Part shown: positions 25,960 to 34,978 of the stretch, piece by piece
Position numbering within the stretch: the stretch's first letter is position 1
Layout: each line of letters begins with the position of its first letter
From: a virus
Lineage: Duplodnaviria; Heunggongvirae; Uroviricota; Caudoviricetes
Strand: one strand, 5' to 3'
Virus record (IMG/VR): IMGVR_UViG_3300045988_009603
Length of the DNA stretch: 64,000 nucleotides
Position numbers and translations under genes: made by a program
Notes under the pieces: generated by a model
What the model was told of the DNA's origin: nothing
Database searches by the model: none
What the model saw: the letters and a program-made list of their open reading frames with translations, nothing else

Positions 25960-26330
25960 CTGTAATGAAACGGGCGCACGAGACTACCACAAAACAGAAC
26001 TACAATCAAGAATTATTTTTCAATCCGCTACAAATTTTTCTGTTGACTTTTATTTCCAGATGTGGTAGCCTTGTGAGAAATGGCGACATTCCCACCTGCA
26101 CCCACCTACCTGCACAATTCTAAAATGATTTTTCTTGCCCGACCTGATTTTTATCTGCACGTTTTGAAAATGAAAAAGCTCTTTGGAGATTACCTGCACA
26201 GTTTGAAAATGAATTTTCTCTTTGGAGTTCAAAATTCTCTCTACAGATTTCTCTACAGAACTCTACCTGCACAATCCTGAAATAAAAAAGCCCTCCTTAC
26301 CTGAAAAATTTACCAGATAAGAAAGGCTTA
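25960..26330. repeat. tandem imperfect direct repeats in non-coding region
   Basis: repeated TACCTGCACA (at least 3), TTTTGAAAATGAA (2), CTCTTTGGAG (2), TCTCTACAGA (2). Confidence 0.55.
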
Positions 26331-26358
26331 GCCTATTGTGAATATTCTACAGAGTTTC

Positions 26359-27144
26359 TTAGTTCTTTGCGTCTAAGAAGGTAACTTCCGGTGAAGAGAA
26401 GACCGTCTCGATATCCTCATCAGTTCTTGCATAGATATATGTATCTGCATCACTACCAAACGTTACAGCTATCCTGTGATTGCTCTTCGACAGGTGGGTA
26501 ACTAGAGCGTTACTTAGAGACATCTTCTCAACCGGAGGGTTACTTTGATGTATCTTACCTTTTCTTCGTCTGAAGAGGGTAACTGCATCCTCTGTGAACG
26601 TTACTACACCTGCAAAGTATTCTGGTTCACAGTAGTTATTCCAACCTGAGCGTAACTTGTGGTACATCTCTCCTTCGTAGACATACAGATAAACATCTAC
26701 ACTCTTCATCACCTGATTAATGATAACTGTGACGGCTTGAGGGTCTAGCCCACCGATACCTGCACCAATCATAGGTAACCCAACTTTCTTCAACTGATTA
26801 ACTTCACAGTATCTGTTAAGCTGTTTCAAAGATGACTCTAAAGCACTGTATCTGGCATCTTTACCAGTCTTAAGCTGAGTGTAAAGATTAGCTATACGAC
26901 CTTGTTTTAAACGTGCTACAGAGAAATTACCTAGTAAATTTTCACAGGGTTTGTGACCTATACCACCTGCATACAGATAAACTTCTGTATCAGTCTCATA
27001 TGCTTTTGGGTAAAGTTTAGAAATCTTGTCAGCGATACCTGCACCCATTAAGTTCATACAGTTGCAACCGTGACCAATAATATCAAACTTACCTTTATCA
27101 AATGCGTCAAAGATATCACCTTTGATGATTTTTACAATACCCAT
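26359..27144 (-). CDS. macro-domain-like protein (putative ADP-ribose binding/processing)
   Basis: 261 aa; IKGDIF...DIIGHGCNCMNLMGAGIADKI...GLPMIGAGIGGL resembles macro domain N-x-N, glycine-rich and P-loop-like motifs. Confidence 0.5.
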   Translation of the reverse strand: MGIVKIIKGDIFDAFDKGKFDIIGHGCNCMNLMGAGIADKISKLYPKAYETDTEVYLYAGGIGHKPCENLLGNFSVARLKQGRIANLYTQLKTGKDARYSALESSLKQLNRYCEVNQLKKVGLPMIGAGIGGLDPQAVTVIINQVMKSVDVYLYVYEGEMYHKLRSGWNNYCEPEYFAGVVTFTEDAVTLFRRRKGKIHQSNPPVEKMSLSNALVTHLSKSNHRIAVTFGSDADTYIYARTDEDIETVFSSPEVTFLDAKN

Positions 27145-27145
27145 A

Positions 27146-27346
27146 CTAATAATGCTCCCAACGTTGCATGTCTTCGGATGGTTTTACACGGTTACCTTCA
27201 TGGTCTACATAACCTGCACCACAACCTTCACAGATAACTGGCATAGCCGAGCCAGCTTCAAACTCTTCTTTGGTGAAGAGACCTTTCAAGTCCCCTGTAT
27301 CAACACCAAAATGTTCTATTGCACACTTCTTGCAGAAATCAGCCAT
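27146..27346 (-). CDS. small zinc-ribbon protein
   Basis: CKKC...CEGC; start taken at MADFCKK. Confidence 0.4.
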   Translation of the reverse strand: MADFCKKCAIEHFGVDTGDLKGLFTKEEFEAGSAMPVICEGCGAGYVDHEGNRVKPSEDMQRWEHY

Positions 27347-27566
27347 GAATAATTGCCTCTTGAATGATGATACCTTTACCACAACGACTTTTAAAGTCTT
27401 CCAATGGTTCAGAGATAAAGCCACGTAAGCAGTCAGTGAATACTAAGTTCTTCCGGTAAGCTATCACATCATTTGCTGTAAATGGTATGACCTTATTTCG
27501 TCCAATGAACACCGCTGACCTGATAAGTTTCCGTGTCTTTTTATCTCTGGCTAGTATTACTTTCAT
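27339..27566 (-). CDS. hypothetical protein
   Basis: 75 aa ORF. Confidence 0.4.
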   Translation of the reverse strand: MKVILARDKKTRKLIRSAVFIGRNKVIPFTANDVIAYRKNLVFTDCLRGFISEPLEDFKSRCGKGIIIQEAIIHG

Positions 27567-27867
27567 AGTTTACCTTCTCAGTTAGCTCGTATAAATCAAC
27601 ATGCTCAATACTATCAATGTTGATACCAATCTTTTTGAAGCGTTCTATCACTTCGTTGTCAGTCATCCATATCAGACACCAATGATTATGGATGGATTCT
27701 TCAAGAAGGTCAACACAATCTTTAAAAGTTTTTGTATCACTCCTTGTTCCGACTACTGCGATTGTTCCATACAACCACTTACCATTACCATAAGATACTT
27801 GTGCTACGCCAACTTCTTTATCTTTCTCGTAGTAAACAGCTACAAAGTCTCTTCCATTAATTTGCAT
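27541..27867 (-). CDS. hypothetical protein
   Basis: 108 aa ORF. Confidence 0.45.
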   Translation of the reverse strand: MQINGRDFVAVYYEKDKEVGVAQVSYGNGKWLYGTIAVVGTRSDTKTFKDCVDLLEESIHNHWCLIWMTDNEVIERFKKIGINIDSIEHVDLYELTEKVNYESNTSQR

Positions 27868-27869
27868 AG

Positions 27870-28139
27870 TTACTTCCTCGTTTTAAGAACTGCTAAGATT
27901 TCTTTAGAATCTGGTAAGAACCATGTGTAGTGATTCTCTTTGATTTCTGGATGAGTGTCAACCTTTATTTTGCACTCTTTACCAACATGCTTAAGCTGTG
28001 CTGTGACACCTTGCATAAAGATATGACACATCACATTATCCATAATGGTTGGTGAGAAATCAATTCGCATATAAGTTTCTTTTGGTCGTGGCAACAGTAA
28101 GTAACCTTCTACATAGAAAGTGTCTTGATTCTCTGTCAT
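27870..28139 (-). CDS. hypothetical protein
   Basis: 89 aa ORF. Confidence 0.45.
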   Translation of the reverse strand: MTENQDTFYVEGYLLLPRPKETYMRIDFSPTIMDNVMCHIFMQGVTAQLKHVGKECKIKVDTHPEIKENHYTWFLPDSKEILAVLKTRK

Positions 28140-28405
28140 TGCTGCTTATTCCCTAATAAAATCATGTCAATAAGGTTATTAGTTTTAATTGTACACTGGT
28201 AAAAGCCGTCACGGTAGAACTCAAGTGCTGCTGCTACATCACTACCTGTGTTGCCTTTGATGATATACTGTGACTCTTCTTGAGTGTACTTATCACCCTC
28301 ACTTACTTGGGAGTTTTTGAATGTACTGTTCACTTTGTTCGTTGAACACCCTGACATAATTATCAGTAACACAAACATTATAAAACTCTGGCTTAGTTTT
28401 TTCAT
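28136..28405 (-). CDS. lipoprotein, candidate outer-membrane spanin
   Basis: signal peptide with lipobox-like IIMSGC; overlaps 3' end of upstream TM protein gene in another frame. Confidence 0.45.
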   Translation of the reverse strand: MKKLSQSFIMFVLLIIMSGCSTNKVNSTFKNSQVSEGDKYTQEESQYIIKGNTGSDVAAALEFYRDGFYQCTIKTNNLIDMILLGNKQQ

Positions 28406-28646
28406 ATGTTAGTACCTCTTTTGTATGCTTATTCTTAGCAAGCACATCTTTCAAATCATTTTTGTAATTGGTGCTCAATGTAACTAATCCTTCCTGATAA
28501 GCATCTTTAGCAACACTTATGAGCTTTTGATTGTTTAGCTCAGTTTCAGCAACTTGGTAGTCTCTGTAAGAGTACCCTCCCCAGACACCCGCCCCAACTA
28601 AGAAAACAATTATGAAAGTAGCTTGACAGAACTCTTTAAATGTCAT
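28299..28646 (-). CDS. type II membrane protein, candidate inner-membrane spanin
   Basis: N-terminal TM FIIVFLVGAGVWGG followed by predicted helical periplasmic region. Confidence 0.45.
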   Translation of the reverse strand: MTFKEFCQATFIIVFLVGAGVWGGYSYRDYQVAETELNNQKLISVAKDAYQEGLVTLSTNYKNDLKDVLAKNKHTKEVLTYEKTKPEFYNVCVTDNYVRVFNEQSEQYIQKLPSK

Positions 28647-28666
28647 TTAACAATCTCCTGAAATGA

Positions 28667-28687
28667 AAAAGGCTCCCGAAGGAGCCT
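28667..28687 (-). terminator. rho-independent terminator
   Basis: minus-strand GGCUCC-UUCG-GGAGCC followed by U5. Confidence 0.6.
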
Positions 28688-28698
28688 GTATCTTAACC

Positions 28699-29178
28699 TT
28701 AACTGAGGACTTTAGCAAGGACATTTGCAGCCATCGAAGAAGCTTTTGCAGCAGCAGCTACCCCAGCTTTGACAGTGCTATCCTTAATAGCAGATACCGT
28801 TGCAGCATCAGTAAAGAGATAAGTAGTTGTTTTATAACCACTTGTAAAGGAAAGCATAAGAGCAGTTTCCAGATTGAAAGAGCGATACGGAGCACCTTCT
28901 TTAACGATACCTTCAGCACCTAACTCTGAAGCCATACCCATATCATAGATAGTCATCAGGTTTTCTTTGTGTGCAGTCGTTGAACCAGCACCTTTGACGT
29001 GTTTCTTAACATTCAGAAGAGCACGGTATTCTCGGATGTTACCGTCTGCTTTTACATTGACAGCACGGAAGATTTTACCCTCAAAGTTGCTTTTGATAAT
29101 GTTACGAACTACTTCAGATTTGTTTGCCGTAACGTCCAGTGCTACCGTAATGATATTGTTCATAAGTTTTTCTCTCAA
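28699..29178 (-). CDS. hypothetical protein
   Basis: 159 aa ORF. Confidence 0.5.
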   Translation of the reverse strand: MREKLMNNIITVALDVTANKSEVVRNIIKSNFEGKIFRAVNVKADGNIREYRALLNVKKHVKGAGSTTAHKENLMTIYDMGMASELGAEGIVKEGAPYRSFNLETALMLSFTSGYKTTTYLFTDAATVSAIKDSTVKAGVAAAAKASSMAANVLAKVLS

Positions 29179-29870
29179 TGTTTAACTAACATGGTTTTAA
29201 TGTGTGGAAGGATTCTGTTTACCTTCTGAACATTCTTCTCTGTATCTTCTATAAAGCATACTATATTAAAGTAAGGAAGAATGCAAGACTGAATCATCCT
29301 AACTTTTAAACTTTCTGCACTTATAGAGTTAGTTCCAAAACCACGCATGAAAAGCATGTAATCATGCTCTATGTTATGCCTTAAAAACATCTCAGTAGGT
29401 ATTCTCTGAGATTCACCTCTTGCTGTCAAGAGTCCAATGGCAGCATGATTAGCAATTGCATCAATAATACTAAAAACATACGTTGGTTTTGCTCTTACAG
29501 AGTCAAGAAGATTAGTGTACTGTGAGAATGACCCATCAGTCAATTCCGTTGAGCAATCTTCGTGATTAAAATTTGTAAGAACACCATCAATATCTGCTAA
29601 GATGAGGTTACCTTTTTCTACAAGGTCTTTATTGACTATGACTAAACTGTCACGTCTTACACCTACAGTTTGTCCAGTCTCTTTGTCCACAACGTTCACA
29701 ATTGGTTGTGATGTGTGGAACTCTTCAAGTGAACATACAACTTCTCTTGCAGTGTCTTCAAAATCCCTGCACTGTTCTGGAGTCCATATACAGGAATCAA
29801 GACCTAACTCATGAGGATGCAAGTCGTAAGCATGACACAGTACTTCATCAGACTTTCTTAATTTTTTCAT
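29175..29870 (-). CDS. HAD-superfamily hydrolase-like protein (possible nucleotidase)
   Basis: ILADIDGVLT (DxDGx motif I), GLLTARGES, IEDTEKN. Confidence 0.45.
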   Translation of the reverse strand: MKKLRKSDEVLCHAYDLHPHELGLDSCIWTPEQCRDFEDTAREVVCSLEEFHTSQPIVNVVDKETGQTVGVRRDSLVIVNKDLVEKGNLILADIDGVLTNFNHEDCSTELTDGSFSQYTNLLDSVRAKPTYVFSIIDAIANHAAIGLLTARGESQRIPTEMFLRHNIEHDYMLFMRGFGTNSISAESLKVRMIQSCILPYFNIVCFIEDTEKNVQKVNRILPHIKTMLVKH

Positions 29871-30396
29871 GATTTACCTTAGAAATGTTTGTTGCAAATT
29901 CACATTGAGCAATGACTTTCATATTGTTATAGACATCTTGAGAGTATTTCTTAGCTTTAGGGATTTTGTACGAATACCCAGCATTATATGATGCTAAAAC
30001 TTTTTGTAAAGTCTTCTTTGACTTTGGTTGACCGTGTACCTTAGTCCAAAATTCAAGCTCTTTGTGTGTTTCCTTTGCAGCATAGTCAAAATCTTTTAAG
30101 AGTTTCTTTTTAGCCACATTAGGACTAATTTTGTTACGCTTTACAACAGTCTTCAAGTGATTCTGGAAAATACCATAGTCATGGGTCTTTTTATTCTCTA
30201 CCTTCAGACCTAACTCTGACTCTTGTAAGGCTATAGCAGCTAGAGTAATACCCCAACCTTTACCCATATTATTCTCACCATACTGGTAAGCTTTTAACAT
30301 GTTTACTTTTTGGCTAATTGATAGCTCTGGGCAGTCAACTGCATAAGATAAGTGTGCTGTAAACATTAAGCACAAACCTAGAATCAACTTCTTCAT
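29848..30396 (-). CDS. secreted lytic transglycosylase-like protein
   Basis: signal peptide MKKLILGLCLMFTAHLSYA; ALQESELGL...HDYGIFQ resembles SLT catalytic region. Confidence 0.45.
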   Translation of the reverse strand: MKKLILGLCLMFTAHLSYAVDCPELSISQKVNMLKAYQYGENNMGKGWGITLAAIALQESELGLKVENKKTHDYGIFQNHLKTVVKRNKISPNVAKKKLLKDFDYAAKETHKELEFWTKVHGQPKSKKTLQKVLASYNAGYSYKIPKAKKYSQDVYNNMKVIAQCEFATNISKVNHEKIKKV

Positions 30397-30456
30397 TGGT
30401 TCTCCTGTTTAGTTTATCGTGACAACAATTATACAGCACTCTACACAAAATACAAA

Positions 30457-30484
30457 TAAAAAAAGGCCGCCGAAGCAGCCTTTT
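30457..30484. terminator. bidirectional terminator-like hairpin
   Basis: A8-GGCCGCCGAAGCAGCC-T4. Confidence 0.45.
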
Positions 30485-30497
30485 AAGAAATTACTTA

Positions 30498-31607
30498 TTA
30501 GATTTCACGTTTACGTTGAGAAATGAGTTCACCAGCAGTACCAACGATGACATGCAAAGCTTCAGTCTTACCATCCCACGCTTTCAGCACTTTACGCTGA
30601 TTATCAACGATTGCTGCAACTTCATAACGGGATGAACGCATCTTCATATCGTTGTAATCAGTTGGAACAGATACAACATCTCGTGGATGGACACGAACCT
30701 TCAGGATTGTATCACCTGAGAAGCAACGAACATAATCCCAAGCACCAACATGAAGACCCTGAGAGCAAGTTACGTTACGGTTGTTATCAACCATCCAACG
30801 TGGCATTTCTACAATATTACCTAAATCATTAGGTACTTTATAGGTGTGGGAGTCAACCAACTTGCCTTCACGAGTAGAGACTTTCTTCCAACCAATGATG
30901 TAACCTTCTTCATCAATTTCAACATCAAGGTGAGATACGAATCCCCAAAGTTGTTCTACAGAATCTTTAGATGGGTTTTCCATCAGTTTTTCGAAGAACA
31001 TTACAAGTCGTTCAAAACCTTTATCACCAGTCTTCATCATGTGAAGAATACGGTCAACCAGAGTAGAACGCATCTCAACAGCACCGTAGAATAACTTGTC
31101 ACCTTTGATTGTGATAGCACCCTGAGTGAAGTTTTCGATAGACTTACGAATGTTCATCAGTTCAAAAGCTTTCTTGTACTCACCACCTACAACAGCCATT
31201 ACGATTTCTTTGTAGTTTGGATGGGTAGACTCAACGATTTCAGAATCTGCACCGAAAGTCATGATAACAGAATCGCCAGTAATCATATACTCAATCTGGT
31301 TACCATTCTGCATAGCTTCGTGTAGTTTATTTACTGGAGCTTCCTGTACAGCCTCTTTAACAACCTTTTCAACTGGTTTTCCAGCTTTCTTTTTAACTGA
31401 TTTAGCAACTTGCTTCAAAGTCTTCGTAGCTGGTTTAGAAGCTACCTTTTTCTTACCTTTTAAGGTTGCTTCATGACGCTCTACAGCACGACCAACTGAA
31501 CGGGTTGAAGTATTGAACTTCTGTGCAATAGCTGTTTTAGTCAGCTTACCTTCTTTCACCAGTTCGTAAATTTCTGCGTCAATCTGTGCTTTAGTTTTAA
31601 TAGTCAT
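30498..31607 (-). CDS. rIIB-like protein (by position next to rIIA-like gene)
   Basis: 369 aa ORF immediately downstream of GHKL-ATPase gene; no independent motif recognised. Confidence 0.35.
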   Translation of the reverse strand: MTIKTKAQIDAEIYELVKEGKLTKTAIAQKFNTSTRSVGRAVERHEATLKGKKKVASKPATKTLKQVAKSVKKKAGKPVEKVVKEAVQEAPVNKLHEAMQNGNQIEYMITGDSVIMTFGADSEIVESTHPNYKEIVMAVVGGEYKKAFELMNIRKSIENFTQGAITIKGDKLFYGAVEMRSTLVDRILHMMKTGDKGFERLVMFFEKLMENPSKDSVEQLWGFVSHLDVEIDEEGYIIGWKKVSTREGKLVDSHTYKVPNDLGNIVEMPRWMVDNNRNVTCSQGLHVGAWDYVRCFSGDTILKVRVHPRDVVSVPTDYNDMKMRSSRYEVAAIVDNQRKVLKAWDGKTEALHVIVGTAGELISQRKREI

Positions 31608-31686
31608 CTTATTACTCTCTCTTGTTAGTTAATAAATCATTTTGTAAGGCTATTCTAAGGGGCTTCAAAGCCCCTTGTCAAACACT

Positions 31687-34053
31687 TTAATCGTAAATTG
31701 TAGTCCCTTCTGGAACACACTTCACATCAAAGCCTAAGAATTTACTCACTTCAATGGGTGACACTTTATTCCAATCTAAATGAGAAAGCAAGAAGTTTTC
31801 TTGTTTTCTTTTTGAAAGATAGTTTGTCACCTTAATAATCATACGGTCACCAGCTTTCTTAATTTTCTTGTATAGCTTTGTATCGTTGTCAAGGCATTCT
31901 TTCAAAGTTTGCAACCGACTAATAGTGTAGGTGTATGCAAACGGTGCAGCAACGTATTGGATTTTACCAAACATTGCCTCAACAGCATCTTCATTACCTT
32001 CTAAGAAGATAGTTTTGTTTGTGTCTCGTGAATAGCAATAGCCACGAGAAATCTTCTTGTTATTGAACGTAAAGTTTCTGGCAATAATCCAACTGCTTGT
32101 AAGGTCTAGAACACCATTCATATAGATACGTGTCATATACCTGTTATGATTAATCCAGTGAACATCAGTTAAGCTGTCGTTCAAGAGTTTCTCATCTACT
32201 TCAATCCAGTCTTCTGGTATCTTTTTCCAATTTGCTTTTCGGAAAACATAGACTGTCTTTTCAATGACATTGGCAACTGACTTAGCTACATCTTCTGGAG
32301 ACGAGCAAAAACATTCACCATCAACAGTATCACCTACTGCCTTGATATAAAGTTGAGGCTCTTCAATTGTGTCTAAGTCTTCTGACACCTCTTTATAGGA
32401 AGCTACACCTTCTGCTGGAACAGCTTTCCAGAGTTTTACAACACCTCTTACAGCTTCTTTACGCTGATAATGATGTTCCTTATCAGACATCTTCACAATC
32501 TTTAACAAGCTTTTATCAAGTTTGTGCAGATTGATTAGGTCGTCTAACTCTTTTTCAGTCGAGAATACAAAGACAATACCATTATATCTGTGAAACAGAC
32601 TTGACTCACTGGCATAGTCTCGACATGCACCACGCAAGATTTGGTTGCGTCCTACAGTCTTCTCAGTACCATTTTTATTGCGACGGTCATTGATAACAAA
32701 CAAAAACTGTTCAATTTGGCTTTTGCGCATTGCGCCAAAGATATTGAACATACTTGCCTCTTGAGTGTAGGAAAGTGCTGTTGCACGAATCTTACTTTCT
32801 AAAGAGTTGAACTTAACATAAGCAACTGGATTATAAAGATAATCTACTTTAGGGATGTTGTTTCCGTTCCTATCAACCTTAATATTACCTTTACCATCAC
32901 GTTCATAAATAACTGAGCCGTCTTCTGCGTAGATAATTCCACGACGAATGTTTAGTAATTCTTCTTCCAGAGAATCAAGCTTAACACCACCCCACTCTAG
33001 CTTTGGACACACAGCATTAAACATCTCTCGTGAGTTCAAACGTAACTCAGCATAAGCCTGTGCAGCATCCATGAGTGTAGGTTGGCTATTAACTTTCTTG
33101 ATAACATCCTTTGTAATGGCTTCAGTTATCTTTTTAGTAGCCTCAATGATAACATTTTTTGTCGTGTCATTCATCTGTAATGCTTCACGAGAAGCTGCGA
33201 TAGCAACTGAACCAATAGGCATATAGATGTTTACAAGGTCTACGCTCCTACGGAAAAATTCTGGCAAGACTTTGAAGAAATCATCACCAAGTAATGCTTC
33301 CATGTTAACAGGGTATGCAATGTTACCCATCACCACATTAAACTCTGTCCTGTTACCACTAGAACGCCAACTTTGCTTATGAATCATAGCATCATAAACA
33401 CCTTCTTCACGGGCAATGACGTTCATATCTGCTAATACATCGTCATACTCGATATTGCTTTCTGGTTTTACAGCAAAGTATGAGTATACGTGACCAGCTT
33501 CTTCAAAGAATTTTGAGATACGATGGTCAGCAACTGCTACACGTACAGCTAAACCATTAGGTTCTTTTGTTGGATTGGTGGTCAGCTTAGTTACTTGAGG
33601 GATACCATTCTCAAGATAAACAGAGTACTTATTAACAACACCATCAACATAACTGGACACTGTGAATGACTGAGCAATTGCAAATGGGGATTTTGAGCCG
33701 ATACCCATTGCACCAATGTAGTCATTAGAGTCATTCTTCGTAGAAGCCCCGTAGTTTAGATACAAACTCATAACTTTATCATGAGTCAATCCAGTTCCAA
33801 AATCACGAACTTCAAAGTAAGGCTCAAAACGAGTAGGTAAATGCACATGGAACGGGATGTTCTCTTTTCCAGCTTCTTTCTGAGCATCCACTGCGTTACA
33901 TGACAGTTCACGAATAACTGCCCTTTCTTTAAAGGTGTATACACCAGAACTCAAAAGGCTGAACATTTCGGGTGTCATTGTAATCTGTGCTTGAGACGTC
34001 TCTAAAGAAGTTGAACTCTTAATCACTTCTGCGTGGTCATTTACCATGCGCAT
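31687..34053 (-). CDS. rIIA-like protein with N-terminal GHKL (HATPase_c) ATPase domain
   Basis: 788 aa; ELSCNAVDA, DFGTGL, GAMGIGSKS Bergerat-fold motifs. Confidence 0.55.
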   Translation of the reverse strand: MRMVNDHAEVIKSSTSLETSQAQITMTPEMFSLLSSGVYTFKERAVIRELSCNAVDAQKEAGKENIPFHVHLPTRFEPYFEVRDFGTGLTHDKVMSLYLNYGASTKNDSNDYIGAMGIGSKSPFAIAQSFTVSSYVDGVVNKYSVYLENGIPQVTKLTTNPTKEPNGLAVRVAVADHRISKFFEEAGHVYSYFAVKPESNIEYDDVLADMNVIAREEGVYDAMIHKQSWRSSGNRTEFNVVMGNIAYPVNMEALLGDDFFKVLPEFFRRSVDLVNIYMPIGSVAIAASREALQMNDTTKNVIIEATKKITEAITKDVIKKVNSQPTLMDAAQAYAELRLNSREMFNAVCPKLEWGGVKLDSLEEELLNIRRGIIYAEDGSVIYERDGKGNIKVDRNGNNIPKVDYLYNPVAYVKFNSLESKIRATALSYTQEASMFNIFGAMRKSQIEQFLFVINDRRNKNGTEKTVGRNQILRGACRDYASESSLFHRYNGIVFVFSTEKELDDLINLHKLDKSLLKIVKMSDKEHHYQRKEAVRGVVKLWKAVPAEGVASYKEVSEDLDTIEEPQLYIKAVGDTVDGECFCSSPEDVAKSVANVIEKTVYVFRKANWKKIPEDWIEVDEKLLNDSLTDVHWINHNRYMTRIYMNGVLDLTSSWIIARNFTFNNKKISRGYCYSRDTNKTIFLEGNEDAVEAMFGKIQYVAAPFAYTYTISRLQTLKECLDNDTKLYKKIKKAGDRMIIKVTNYLSKRKQENFLLSHLDWNKVSPIEVSKFLGFDVKCVPEGTTIYD

Positions 34054-34081
34054 AATACTTTCCTCTTAGTTTACTGTTAAA

Positions 34082-34258
34082 TTACTTATTAAACATTTTA
34101 CCAGAACCACCACATATAGGGCAACAGCCTGTTCTTGTATAACCTTCCCCATTACAGAAGTCACATTTTTTGTGCTCTGCGTAGTACTTGCAAAGAAGGT
34201 AAACAAACACTGCTACACTACCAAGTGACAGTAAAATTTCTATCCAATATGCTTGCAT
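34082..34258 (-). CDS. small membrane zinc-ribbon protein (below ORF-track size cutoff)
   Basis: manual translation MQAYWIEILLSLGSVAVFVYLL...CDFCNGEGYTRTGCCPICGGSGKMFNK. Confidence 0.3.
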   Translation of the reverse strand: MQAYWIEILLSLGSVAVFVYLLCKYYAEHKKCDFCNGEGYTRTGCCPICGGSGKMFNK

Positions 34259-34587
34259 GACTCACCTCTCATATTTTTGTAAAGGATAAAGCTTCTGTCA
34301 TGGACGATACTTGTAGATACTGCAAAGTTACTTTCAAGCATCTGTTTGTTTGGATTGTAGAAGTTTTCTTTAAACTCGTCAAGTGCAAATTGGTGATTGT
34401 CTGGAAGACCTTTTACACAGACCTTTATTGTAATTGCTGCTGCAACCTTGCCAGTCAGTTCTTCTTTAGCTGCTACTAAGATTTTGTTGAGGAACTTATG
34501 ACCATTTTCAGGCTTCTTGATATTCTCCCAGCGTTCTTCTAAGACAATATTGATGTTCATTTCTTTGATTTTCATAATTTTCACCAA
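34240..34587 (-). CDS. hypothetical protein
   Basis: 115 aa ORF. Confidence 0.45.
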   Translation of the reverse strand: MVKIMKIKEMNINIVLEERWENIKKPENGHKFLNKILVAAKEELTGKVAAAITIKVCVKGLPDNHQFALDEFKENFYNPNKQMLESNFAVSTSIVHDRSFILYKNMRGESCKHIG

Positions 34588-34925
34588 GTCCAGTTAACGA
34601 GTATACCATCAAAACCTTTTGCTAAGGGTACACCCTCATGCTCATAAAATTCAGGATTAACTTCGAATCCACGATTTTCAATATAATCTATCATATATTT
34701 CATTACAAAGCTAATCTCTTCGTGGTCATCTGGGTCTCTGCCAAAGAACTGTTCTATGACAAACATACCTTCTTTTGTAGCAAATTGGCAGTGGTGATTG
34801 TGGATACCTTCACAAAACTTTTCAAACTTTTCTTTACCGAGAACTTCAAGGATGTCTGTATAGGCAACTTGTAAGTATTTCGGTTGTACAGGTTTCTTGT
34901 TAAACCATATGGAAAGGTTGTCCAT
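34581..34925 (-). CDS. hypothetical protein
   Basis: 114 aa ORF. Confidence 0.45.
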   Translation of the reverse strand: MDNLSIWFNKKPVQPKYLQVAYTDILEVLGKEKFEKFCEGIHNHHCQFATKEGMFVIEQFFGRDPDDHEEISFVMKYMIDYIENRGFEVNPEFYEHEGVPLAKGFDGILVNWTW

Positions 34926-34942
34926 AGCATTCTCCAGAAATT

Positions 34943-34963
34943 AAAAAGGCTCCCGTAGGAGCC
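34943..34963 (-). terminator. rho-independent terminator
   Basis: minus-strand GGCUCC-UACG-GGAGCC followed by U5. Confidence 0.6.
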
Positions 34964-34978
34964 TCTTATCATATACTT

